Notes under the pieces: model-generated | Told to the model about the DNA's origin: nothing | The model's input: the letters and a program-made list of their open reading frames with translations, nothing else | Database searches by the model: none | Assembly (NCBI RefSeq): GCF_006345805.1 | Contig: NC_043013.1 | Coordinates: 17,298,001 to 17,362,000 of the forward strand | DNA from: Octopus sinensis | Taxonomy: Eukaryota | Reading direction: 5' to 3' | Length of the DNA: 64,000 bases | Part shown: piece by piece, positions 24,514 through 36,994 of the stretch | Layout: each line of letters starts with the position of its first letter | Numbering within the stretch: the first letter of the stretch is position 1 | Made by a program: the position numbers and the translations under genes

Positions 24514-26584
24514 ATACAGGAAATGGCTCCACCTGGCAATCGAACTTCCAACCACTCATTCGAATTTACAGAATGGTTACAACATCGGGGGAAATACCCG
24601 CTGTATTAGTTAGGACACTTTACGTTCTGAGTTCGAATTCTGCCAAGGTTTAACTTTGAATTCTTTTGGGTTCGATAAAATAAAGTACAAGTTCAAGAAT
24701 GGGTCGACAGCAACGATTAATCACCTCCCCTAAAAAATTGCGAGGCTTCTGTCGAAATCATAAGCCATTATTGAAATAAAATCTATCTGTCCCTCTCGAT
24801 TCTGGAATCATGTTGCTGTTATAAGCGCTTTAAGTGTCTACTCTTCCAGGATCGATAATACAAAATATCAGTAATATACTGCAGTTGACTGAACTAGTGA
24901 CTACAGCCTACACAATAAATGAATATTGATATATTCAAAAAAATTATATTGCTGTATCTGGCCATTCGATTGCCATGCATACGAGACGAAAAAGGATGGA
25001 TGGAGTTTGGCGATTCGTATTCCAGAGAAAAACCAACAAACGAAAATAATGATCCGTCCGATTCCAATAGAAAGTTATGAAACCTAGCAGCAAACAGCTT
25101 TAATGGCAGGTTCCAATGATAAGCAGTTGGGTGTGTGTATGTCTAATCCCATCAGACATTCCATGGAACTCTGGCAGGAGATGACAAACATTTACCAGGT
25201 TCCATGTTTTCTCTTCCATCTTCTGAATCAACATTTTTGAAACCACTTGATTGGAGAGAAGACAGAAGAGAAAAGATTCATATGAAAACTTGGAACATGG
25301 AAAATTTTAGTTCTCGTCGTGCATATAAGACGAAACGAGCCAAGGGAACTTCTGTGGTCGCTAGATCTACTAAAAATAACAGCTAAATCTCCCCAAAACC
25401 ATACTTTACCGACTTAAAAAATGAAATAAAATAAACACAATGTAGTCCCTGATGTAAGGGAATAAAAAAAGATTGGATGCGCATAGATGGAAAGCTTTTT
25501 TGGTTGCAACTCGTTTGCATGATCGGGATTGACCTGGGGTTAAATAATAACGATGTCATGTGTGCTTACATACAAATCCCTCACGTTTAGTCCACCCATC
25601 GCAAACCATTACACGAAAAAGCCCCGCATTTTATAAATAAACATTTAAAGAATAAACTCATGTCAATAATTATTAAATGTTTAATAACAGATTTGTTGCA
25701 TTTTAGAAGGTCGTTAGTTGAGCCCCCTAAGAATTTCAAAAAGTCCAAAACTACAGTTATACTCCCAAAGAACGAAGGGAGGAAAATTAAATTCTTAAAT
25801 TCTCAAAAGCCAGAAAATGTTTTATAAATAAATATGAAAACCGTGTATTATTTTCCCCCAAAACAGACCACGTGAAAATGGTATGATGAACGTGTGTGTA
25901 TGTGTGCATGTATTTCGAGCGCCACAACCAAGTACAAACAGGACGGGAATTCTGGCCAATTTTCGGCGAGGTCTTTCCTGATTAAAAAAAAATTACCAGG
26001 AAATCTTCAATGGACTCTATTTATTTATTTATTTATTTTTATACACACACACACAATTTTTTTTAGCGCCAATAAGATTAAGATATCTTTTAAATAATCC
26101 AGTTAAAAAGTTTAAAAGAAATTTGAAAAAAAAAAAAACTAGTCTAGTTATTTGTTAAAACATACTTAACCCGGAAGAAACAAAAAAGACTAGGTAAAGA
26201 ATAATATAAAGAAACAAATGGAAAAAGCCAGCGAGAAGAGAAGCTGTGGTAGCTGTAAGGTTATAATAGCAAAGGCATTGCTCTCCATGTTTCTGAGATG
26301 TAGGTCATAGTTGTTAGATGAGTCGACCTTCTTCCGATGCCTGCCTCTCCAGATACAGGCATAGCTATAGAGTATGGATGGATGGATGGAAGAGAGAATG
26401 ATATTCTCTCTCTCTCCCCCCTCTCTCTGACTGACTCTTTCTCAATACAATTCACACTCAAAATATTTCACATGATGAACGAAATAGTAAAATGAAAATG
26501 GAAAATTATTACAAATGTAAAACATTTTTTGGCTTTTAATAATAATAATAGAGAATATATAGATATAAAACATACACTATACAT

Positions 26585-26646
<62 letters not shown>

Positions 26647-26926
26647 ATGCCAGTGACAAGTAAATTATAAAGGTGTATAAAAATAAATCAAACGTCCACT
26701 ATAACTCTTTCCTATTTACACTAGCACACAAAATGTTTTTCAAAGAAGAAAATCGCTTTTTAATAATCCAGATTGTGAAAGGATGAATGGAGAAAGTAAT
26801 GAAGAAATAAGGGGGGGAAATGGACATCTTGTGAAGACAATGATTAACCACAATGAGGTCAACGAACTGGAATGCTAAGGCAGAAGCGGAAATCATATAT
26901 ATATATATAATTATACACACACACAC

Positions 26927-27200
26927 TCATATACATATATAGACACATATACACACATTCATACATATATATATATACACACACTCAAATATATACACAT
27001 ATGCACACAAATGTATACACATATATACATACACATACATATATACACACGCATATATACATATATATATATACACATATACATATATATATATATACAC
27101 ACACGCACATATACATATATATATATACACGCGCACATATACATATATATATACACGCACATATATATATATATATGTACACAGACATACACACACACAC
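26927..27200. repeat. Compound (TA)/(CA) microsatellite
   Basis: Low-complexity ATAC/ATAT/ACGC mosaic that generates the YI/VY ORFs. Confidence 0.95.
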
Positions 27201-29783
27201 ATAACGCATACTATGTTGAAGAATAAAAATTGTTAATTTAAAAACAAAACACCATAAATTCAAGCTCATCAGTTGTAAAATAGACGGAGGGGTCTTAAAA
27301 GCCTATAAGGTGCTCCCCTTAAACTTAATTCAACATTATTGACTTCTCTGGCTGCCTCCCCCCAGTCACTTCTTACTAAAATAAAAAAGAAAATGGCCCG
27401 CTTCCCCTTGCAAAGCCCAGTGGCTTGCTTTAAGGCCTAACAAAACGAAAGAGCAGTAAATAGGTCACAAGCAGAGAGTTCCATTTATACCAGCTCATAT
27501 TATTATTATCACCGTCATCACTATTATTATTAGTAGTAGTAGTAGTGGTGGTTGTGAAAGCGATGGGGGTGAGGGTGATAACTGTCAGAAACAAGTGCTT
27601 GGTTACAAAGTCGGTGTTCAGTTTGCAGTAATTATTTCTTTGCGATCGCTCCCCCATTTCGTGACCAGCATTGAATACAACAGAGTAGGTATTTCTCACC
27701 AGCAGCAGCCCACTATCAACAATAGTTTACTGGGTCACACTAATGTTGATTAGAAACTGTTTAACTTGGGAATACCGAAAGAAAAAAAAAAAGAAAAAAA
27801 CGTACTAGTTTCAGTGTGGAAGTAGAGTTCAGCTTTCTTTTTGTATGAGTGTGTGTGTGTTAAACGAGCTTTAAATGGTTTAAAAAGAAGAATAAGAAAT
27901 CATTTTTGTTGCATTATGTTGATTATAATCAGAAGAAGGAATCACTAAGAATTAAAAGAGAAATCTAAGTAGAGAACAGAAATAAAATAAACCGACTACA
28001 CGTAGCAAGAACAAATATTTTGTAGTATTATCAACATCGGCATCATTTACGTAGAAATAACCAGAGAAAAGAAGAAACAAAACTCAATCAAATATTAAAT
28101 AGGCTGTTGAAAACTTTTCAATAGAACATTGTTAGAGTGTGTCAGTCTTACAACAAGCATTTCTGATGTAAATAATTACACCATAACAACAAAAAAAAAC
28201 AAATTCTGTTGGTGGTTTTAATATGTTTAACTACATAACTTGTTATCAAAATATCGATTGCTTTTTTGGCTAATTCCCTTTTTAAAGCATGATGTTCTTC
28301 TTATTCTGCTATTGTCTCCGCAATTTGCAAGTAACAATAATAATGGTTTCTTATGTTTGAACAAGGCCATCCATCCTATTATAAGAGGTTTAGTCAATTG
28401 ACTCAACCGGCCTCACGACATGTCTTGTGGTACTTGTACTGGCGATTACGATGGACGATGAAAAATAAAATTCATCCTATCAGGGATTTGAACTCGCACA
28501 GAAAATTTTATGGCGCCCTGCTCTTTCTGACACTTTCTTTCCTTTAACACAGTACAATAGACTTTATATGGTAGCTCGGGAACTAAAAGTTATGACAATA
28601 GTGCCATTGGCGACATAAATAGAAATGGCTCTAACTCGGAAATCGAAACCGGAACATGAGGGATCAAACCTCAGATTTTTATAAGGGACAGGAAACCAGA
28701 TTGCGCGAGATTCATGTGTAAGTCACGGACATAAACAAATTCTATCGTAAGCGTGACTCCAATTTAACGTAAGAGACAGGTGTAGAAAACAAAACTCCAG
28801 TACAGTGATGATTGTAGTAGCAGCAATGATGCTAGCATTAGCACAGAGCAATATATATATATATATTTTGGGAGAGAGGTGAAGTCTACATAATTGACTC
28901 AAGTACTTGACTGTTACAAATTTTTGTCGAGCAAAGAAGAGTGAAAGGCAAAGTTGATCCCAGCGGGATTTAAACTCAGACGATGAAATAATTTTAAAGC
29001 TGTAGTAGTAATATAAATAAAGATTTTCACTTTGAGTTAGGCACATGGCCACAGTTATCTATGAGGGACAACTTAATTCCAGGATGATTTCGGCGTCTAG
29101 AAAACCCAGAAGGACGAAACTAAATACCACTATAATAATAATACTAATAATGATTTCTTTTATAGGCCACAAGGACAAAAGTGTTGGAACAGTACAAGTA
29201 AAGAATGAGAGTTTACATAGAATAAAATGGTGAAATCAACAATAACAATATGACTTGCTAACAATCTCTAGCAATAAATATTTCTTTAATGTGAGCTTGT
29301 GGACATACAGTGCAATATGGAAGGAGGCGGGGAAAGAGTCAGAGAAAAGAGAGGTGATTATCTGTAAACCATGCATGTTGATATTGGGTCAAACGGTAAA
29401 AAGAATCATGAACAGCTACAGTGTACCATGTTCTTTAGTCGGTCCCAACAACTGTAACGCTTCTAAGCCATGCTAGAGCACCGAAATATGTACAGTGCTT
29501 GGCAATATTTATCGGTTTCTGATTTCTCATGAAATCCTATTTACATTTAGAGGTTCCCAGTCGCAGGATGTAACGAGCAACTGTGGTTCTAAAGTCACAA
29601 GACTATCAGTGTTATGTTTGTGTATGTGTGGGCTACAGTGCTTTTATATAAGTATGTTATATATATATATATATGTAAGTTTAAAGAGGTTTGTAATAGT
29701 TGTAAATAGGATGGAAAAATCCATAAAAATGAACGATGCTAGAGAGCCAAGAGATACATATACATACATGTATACATACATAT

Positions 29784-29833
<50 letters not shown>

Positions 29834-29950
29834 CAGAGACATATGCATTATATATTTATCTTCAACACATAAAATCCATATATACTCGCCGTAATATATA
29901 TATATATATATACATACATATATGCCTATATATATACACACACACATATG

Positions 29951-29995
<45 letters not shown>

Positions 29996-30559
29996 GTATA
30001 TATACATCATAAATGCCTTCTGGGTCACAATGTTTTGTTTTTCTCGACTTTCTAGATCACAACTACCACCCGGAATAAATCTATGTCATGGATTAAACAA
30101 ACCAGTTTTATCTATATACACATATTTATATATCCTAAACACACTCCCTCATCACATGCTAGCGTTTAATAAAACAAACTTAAAAGCATATTATCTATTT
30201 TACACAAAAATATATAAAAAGAAATACATTCTGTGTATGTATGTATGTATACATACACACATGTATTTGTGTGTGTATGTATACGCATTCGTATGTATAT
30301 AAAAGAAAAACATGACATGACATATAAATGACGGGCGAATTTGTGAAGATACGCATATTTATTATAGGGCTGAGATCAATGACTGTCATTACTCGGAGTT
30401 TCTTGTGCAGTTTACCTGAGCAAAAATTTTAAAAAATGCCAAGGGAGGTTGGCAATCGATGTATGTTGGCATGTGTATGTTTGTTTATATATATATATAC
30501 ACACACATACATATGTATGTATTAAGTTAATACTCATAGATGACCATGTTTGTATACAT

Positions 30560-31192
30560 ATACATGACTTATATATAAGATTATACTTTTATATATATAT
30601 ATTATATATATATACGCAAGATTGTTTATATACGTAATATATTAGATGTTTATATAATATATATAAAGATGTTTATATATATAATATATATGAAGATGTT
30701 TATATATATAATATATATGAGATGCTTATATATAATATATATAAAGATGCTTATATATAATATATATATAAAGATGTATATACATATAACATAAATATGC
30801 ATATACATATAATATATAAGATGCTTATATATATAATATATATGACTTTTATATAAGATGCTTGTGTATGTGTGATGTTTATATATATTTATATATATAT
30901 GTTTACATATATTTATGTTTGTGATGTTTATATATATATATGATGTTTATGTATACATAAGCTGTTTATATATATGTTTATGTATGTATAAGATGTTTAT
31001 ATATATATATGATGTTTATGTATGTATAAGATGTTTATATATATGTTTATGTATATATATATATATATGATTGTTTATATCACATATAAATATTTTATAT
31101 ATATATATGATCCTGTTTATATACACACACATATCTATATACCCCCACTTACACCTTTAACAATCATTCATGCCGCCCATATACTATATGCA

Positions 31193-31232
<40 letters not shown>
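30560..31232. repeat. AT-rich minisatellite with (TATA)nAGATG(T/C)TTATA units plus (TA)n
   Basis: The GATGTTTATATATAT motif recurs many times between 30644 and 31040. Confidence 0.85.
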
Positions 31233-31237
<5 letters not shown>

Positions 31238-33003
31238 GTGTTATGGATTGAGTGATCTAGTTACTTATACATGTAATAAGAGACACTCCCCCTCCTTTAG
31301 AAGCATGCAGTGAGCACCTTAATAATTCTGCATGTAAATCCATAACATATACATTATGCACACACACACAAATCATAATATACACACATACATTATATAT
31401 ATATATATATATATATATACACAAATATATAATGTATGTGTGTATATTTATAATTTGTTACTAATCAACAAAAAAGTATATTAGGTACATTGTCCATTAA
31501 GGTGTGTTTATATATATAAGTTTGCAAATATATATATATATATATACATTTGCTGACACAGTTTTCATTAAGCATAGTTAAGATGAAAGAAAATCGACCA
31601 CACTTGAATTTTAGTAAACATGTAAAACTATATATTTTTGTATATACATATACACAGCACTTTCGCTGATATATACATACAGACATATCTATATAAATCT
31701 TTACAACCAACACAAAGCAAGCACAGGGAAACATGTACATGAGAAGGCACACATATTAACATACATAACTTCCATACAGATATATACATACACAATACAT
31801 AACTTACACACACACACATACATACATGATACGTGCACACATCACATACATATACACACACACACAGGCATGCATGCCAAAGAACTATTAGAAAAATGGT
31901 GCGGAGGTGGGGTGGAAAGTATTGGACCGTTAAAAAGAAACGATGTACTTACTTCCGAAACAAATTAATCCACAGAGTAACAAAGACTTGATGATAAAAA
32001 ACATGTTGAGAAAGTCATTGAAATGGTTTAAATAGAATGACCTGGTTCCACGATGGCATCAGTGTGGTGGTGCTGGTGGTAATGATGATAGCGGCGGCGG
32101 CGGCGGAGATGGCAGAGGTGGTGGTGGTGGCGGCGGTGCTGCTCCTAGTGCTGGTGATGGTGGTGGTGGTGTTGACATGTGTCATCATCACTTGGCTCTT
32201 CGCCTCCTCTTACTATTACTATCACTACTTCTTATTCTTGTTCTTCTTTTACTGCTGCTGCTACCACGACTCTCCTCCTTGCTGCTAGTTGCTCCTGCTG
32301 ATGCTTGATGTTGATTTTTCCTCCTACTCTCGGGTGGGAGATGAGAGGAGGGTGTTCTTTCCTCCCTTTACGTCGTAGGGCAATTCCTCTTACTACTGCC
32401 TCTTTGCTGCTGCTACTACTACTACTACCACTATATTTACTGCTGTTGCTCCTGCTGCTGCTCGATGTTGTTATACCACTTACTCTTCCCGGGGGAGGGG
32501 GTTGTTCGATACCCCTCCCTCTTTAACTGTTACCCCTTCACTTATTCCCTTCCTCCTACTCTAATTATTACTCTTACTCCTACACCTCCTCTTCCTCATA
32601 CTCTCACTGTTACTCTTTCTCACCGCCGCCAGCGCCCACAATAATTATTAATTTTACTAGTACTACAACTACTACTACTACTACTGTTACTTCGTTCCAT
32701 TATTGCCTCTTTCTGTTCCTCCCTCAACAACATTGGTAGCCTTAGTACTGTTAGTAATAATAGTAATAGAGGTAGTTGTATTAGCAGCAGCGGTAGTACT
32801 ACTACTACTCTTTCAGCAGAAATTGGGTGGGGGAGGAAAGGTAGCGAGATAGAAGGAAGATAATAGGGTAGGGGTGATAGTGGTGGTGGTGGTGGTGGTA
32901 AATAACCCCTAACTGTCTTTATAATACAACTGATACTACTACTGCTGCTTACAGTTTGATGCTGTTGTGAATGCAGTAGAATTTAGAAAATTCTGTTTCC
33001 CCC

Positions 33004-33041
<38 letters not shown>

Positions 33042-34799
33042 CTTTATGTATGTATAGATAGAGAGAGAGAGGGAGAATGAGAGCGCTCTTTCCTCCCACT
33101 ACTTCGACTTCAACAGCTCACCGTTGTGAACCTCCTCCTCCTCCTACCGAAACCATTAACCTCCCGCGGCAGCAAGCAGTAATAAACAACAACAGCAGCA
33201 GCACTGTCACTACTACTACCACCACCACCATCATCATCATCATCGTCAACAGCAGTTGTATCTACTACTGCTTCCACATACTGCGAAAGCACGCGTATAT
33301 GCAGTAGTACTCTGTACATTTCTACGTCCCCCCACCACCACTACCATTACCTTTAATTTTTTTTTTTACTCTTCACCTGCAGTAGGTTTGCAGTTGATCG
33401 AAGCAGAGGTGCCGATACGAAGTGCCAACAAATAGCAGCAGTTGTCTTCTTTTTCTCTCTTCCTTCTCCATTTACATTTATTCACTCCCTCGATCCACAA
33501 CATCAGCAATGTAAATAAGCTGAGGAAACAAAAACCGTCCTCATCTACTCTAGTAATAGATATTCCTGCTCCTTCCTTTTTAAATTGTTTTTTCCAAGAA
33601 AAGATCTTGTAGTTAACTTCTTGAAACATTCCTATTTAAAGAGAAATATAGAAGTGGAATTTATACCCCCAGTCACTTGGACCTGCTAGAAATAACAGTC
33701 AAATCTTTTACGATCGTAAAAAAAAAAAATCAAGGTTATGTTGGATCATGTAGTTCTAAATACACATAAAACGGGATGTCACGGTTGGAATACCTTTTAT
33801 CATAAGGTCTGCTGGATCAAGACTGATCTGGGGTTAAATTACTAATGGAAAAAAATGTAGTAGTACCACTATTACAACAAGTATTTAAACTACAAGCCGT
33901 CGATGAGAAGGTCACGCGACCTGCTATAAATGACAGCCAAATCTCCCTCCAGTCTATACACTACTATCTGAATTATGTAGTTCTAAATACACTATATGTG
34001 TGGAAAATAAAAGACGGGATGATCACGGCTGGAACATTTCTTGGGACAGTGATAAACTACAAAAATACCCTATACAAAAGTCATTAAAGCCCTAATTTTG
34101 TAATTAAAATATTTCAAATCTAAAATTGAAAGCCGAAAAGTATTGAATTACTATATTTTTCTCATTTTATTCAACATTCCGTTGGATTTCATCCCTCATC
34201 TTTAGAAACAGTTATATTCGTTTTGTGGGTGATGATATAGGGAAGAGGTAGTTTCCCTCCTCCCCTCACAGCCTAATTGAGAAGATTTATGGCTAGCGTT
34301 AGTTTAAGACCTAGTCATACTTTAAGCACAGCCCCACCAAACCTTTCATTCTCTGACAAAACAGGGTGCGGCTAAAAAATATATATTCTCCCAGATTCAC
34401 CAGACTCTGTAAAGGTTTTAACAGCATACGCACAATGTGCACCAGTCCAAACCGCGTTAACCGGGGGGGGGGAGAAGAGGGTAAAACTGTAGAGATATAA
34501 AGACACCGTGACAACCTGCCTAACTTCACTGGCGTCACAGCAATGGCTATGTATAAATACGGAAGATTTTTCTCCCTCACCCTGTACCTAATCACTGAAC
34601 GCGTTATAACAGTTGGGAGTTCAGTGTATTTCCAGGCCATTCTCCCAGACAAATTCCCGCCCAACTATATTATAAGTCATCATCATCATCGTTTTATCAT
34701 TTATTTTTCCACACGTGTATGGATAGGATGGCATTCATTGAGATAAATTTCTATGGTTTGATACCCTTCCTGTCACCAAAGTCAGTCCTAACCGTTTCT

Positions 34800-35205
34800 T
34801 ATTTCTTTACTACCCACGAGGGGCTACACACATTGGGGACAAACAAGGACAGATAAACGGATTAAGTCGGTTATATCGACACCAGTGCGTAGCTGGTACT
34901 TATTTAATCGACCCCAAAAGGATGAAAGGCAAAGTCGACCTCGGCGGAATTTGAACTCAGAACGTAATGGCAGACGAAATACCTATTTCTTTACTACCCA
35001 CAAAGGGCTAAATACAGGGGGGACAAACAAGGACAGACAGACGGATTAAGTCGATTATATCAACCCCAGTGCGTAACTGGTACTCAATTTATTGACTCCG
35101 AAAGGATGAAAGGCAAAGTCGACCTTGGCGGAATTTGAACTCAGAACATAACGGCAGACGAAATACCGCTAAGCATTTCACCCGGCGTCCTAACGTTTCT
35201 GCCAG
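34800..35205 (-). mobile_element. Family-A SINE head-body-body dimer with one 12-bp TSD
   Basis: One head, two bodies joined at AAATAG|GTATTTC. CTAACCGTTTCT at 34788-34799 and 35206-35217. Confidence 0.9.
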
Positions 35206-35384
35206 CTAACCGTTTCTAAGCAAGATAATGCCTCCCCATAGCCAAACATTTTTGTAGAAGACTAGAAACAAGTGGCGCTGCTTGCATGACAGTGATAGCC
35301 ATTTACAACACTCACACGATGTCAAGACAAGGGGACACAAGCACACACACACATGCATACACATAAATCATCATCATCATCATC

Positions 35385-35975
35385 ACCATCATTATCATCT
35401 TTTAACGTCCATTTCCATGCTGGCATGGGTTGGACAATTTTACCAGAGCTGGCAAGCCAGAGAGCTGCACAAGGTTCCAGTCTGATTTGGCTTGGCTTCT
35501 AGAGCTGGATGCCCTTCCTAACACTAACCACTTTACAGTGTGTGCTGGGTGCTTTTAACATGGCACTGGCACAAGTGCTCTTACATGGCGCATGTACAAG
35601 TGCTTTTTATGTGACCCCAGTACAGGGCCCTTGCAACCCAATCCTCTTCATCGGGGGAGCAACATTAACACTTCTGCTATGGAGGACAGGTCCTTTTGAG
35701 TACAGCAAGATGCCAGATATCTCAGTACTTTGTCATCTCCTACATAAGGTTCGGTGTCCTAAAGTTATCCTAAAATACTTAGTCCTATATCTTCCTGGGT
35801 CTCCTGCTGCCACGTGTCCCACCCACTTTGAATGATCAGCACTTCTTTATAGAGTTTTCAGCATCCATCTGCATCACATGGCCAAACCAGTGCAGTCTTC
35901 TCTCTTGCATACCACATCTAATTCCTCTTATGCTTAACTTTTCTCTTAACACACTTTCATTGTACATGTGCAACA
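35385..35975 (-). mobile_element. 5'-truncated RTE LINE: ORF end, 3' UTR and (ATG)n tail
   Basis: ERRLHWFGHVM-like ORF end is contiguous with the GGAAGGGCATCCAGC tail. This shows in-window that the abundant (CAT)n-tailed elements are RTE 3' UTRs. Confidence 0.8.
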
Positions 35976-36994
35976 GTGATGTATCATCATCATCATCATT
36001 GTTTAATGTCCGCTTTCCAGGCTAGCATGGGTTTGACGATTTGACTGAGGTCTGGTGAACTAGATGGCTGCACCAGACTCCAATCTGATCTGGCAGAGTT
36101 TCTACAGCTGGATGCCCTTCCTAATGCCAACCACTCCGAGAGTGTAGTGGGTGCTTTTACGTGCCACAGCACAAGTGCCAATCAGGCAGTACTGGTAATG
36201 TACCGCCTGACTGGCCCTCGTGCCGGTGTATATATATATATATATATATATATGCAAGGTGTCTGGCGACCTTATCCATGCTGGTGCCATGTAAAAAGCA
36301 ACCATTGCACTTTGTAAAGTGGTTGGCATTAGGAAGGGCATCCAGTTGTAGAAACCAAGCCAAAACAGACAATGGAACCTGGTGTAGATCCTGGCCTTGC
36401 CAGCTCTTGTTAAACCGTCCAACCCATGGACTGGTTCCATTGTCTGTTTTTGTCATGGTTTCTACAGCTGGATGCACTTCTAATGCCAAATAATTTACAG
36501 AATGTAATAGGTGCATTTTATGTGCCACCAGCACCAACAGGGTCACCAAATACAAGCAAGACAAAACCCCTCAACTGGGAGTGGAGACTAGTATAGAGTA
36601 GGGTGTGGTTTTATGACAGTTGTGAGACTAAAGGTAAAAAGCACAGAAATAGATGTTTTACTGTAGAATAGATGCATGGGAACCCCAGTTTGAAAAGAAA
36701 GGAGAATTAGAGAGTAAATTAAGGAAAATGGTAGTGAGAAAGATGAAGATGTGTTGTGTTGGGACATGCCCTTGAGTGATATTGGGGGTGATGAGAATAG
36801 GTGAGGTGATACAGAAGTTTGGACTGGGCAAGTGGCAGGATTGAGGTGACTAGTAAATGATGAAGAGAAATATTGGAGAGGTCTGGAGACAGGGTTGTAG
36901 TAGATATGTCAGGGTATATTAAGGGTGATAGCAGGTAAGTGAGGTATTAATGATGGAGAACAGTACAGGAAGGAGAAGGCACAGAAAGGAGGTG

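Noticed and set aside
25885-25982. ATGATGA...CTGA as a C/D box snoRNA
   Set aside because: No terminal stem, an internal microsatellite, and no rRNA-complementary guide that I recognise.
26273-26366. Possible miRNA hairpin
   Set aside because: Only short stems (ATGCCTG/CAGGCAT and AGGTC/GACCT), and no known mature miRNA recognised.
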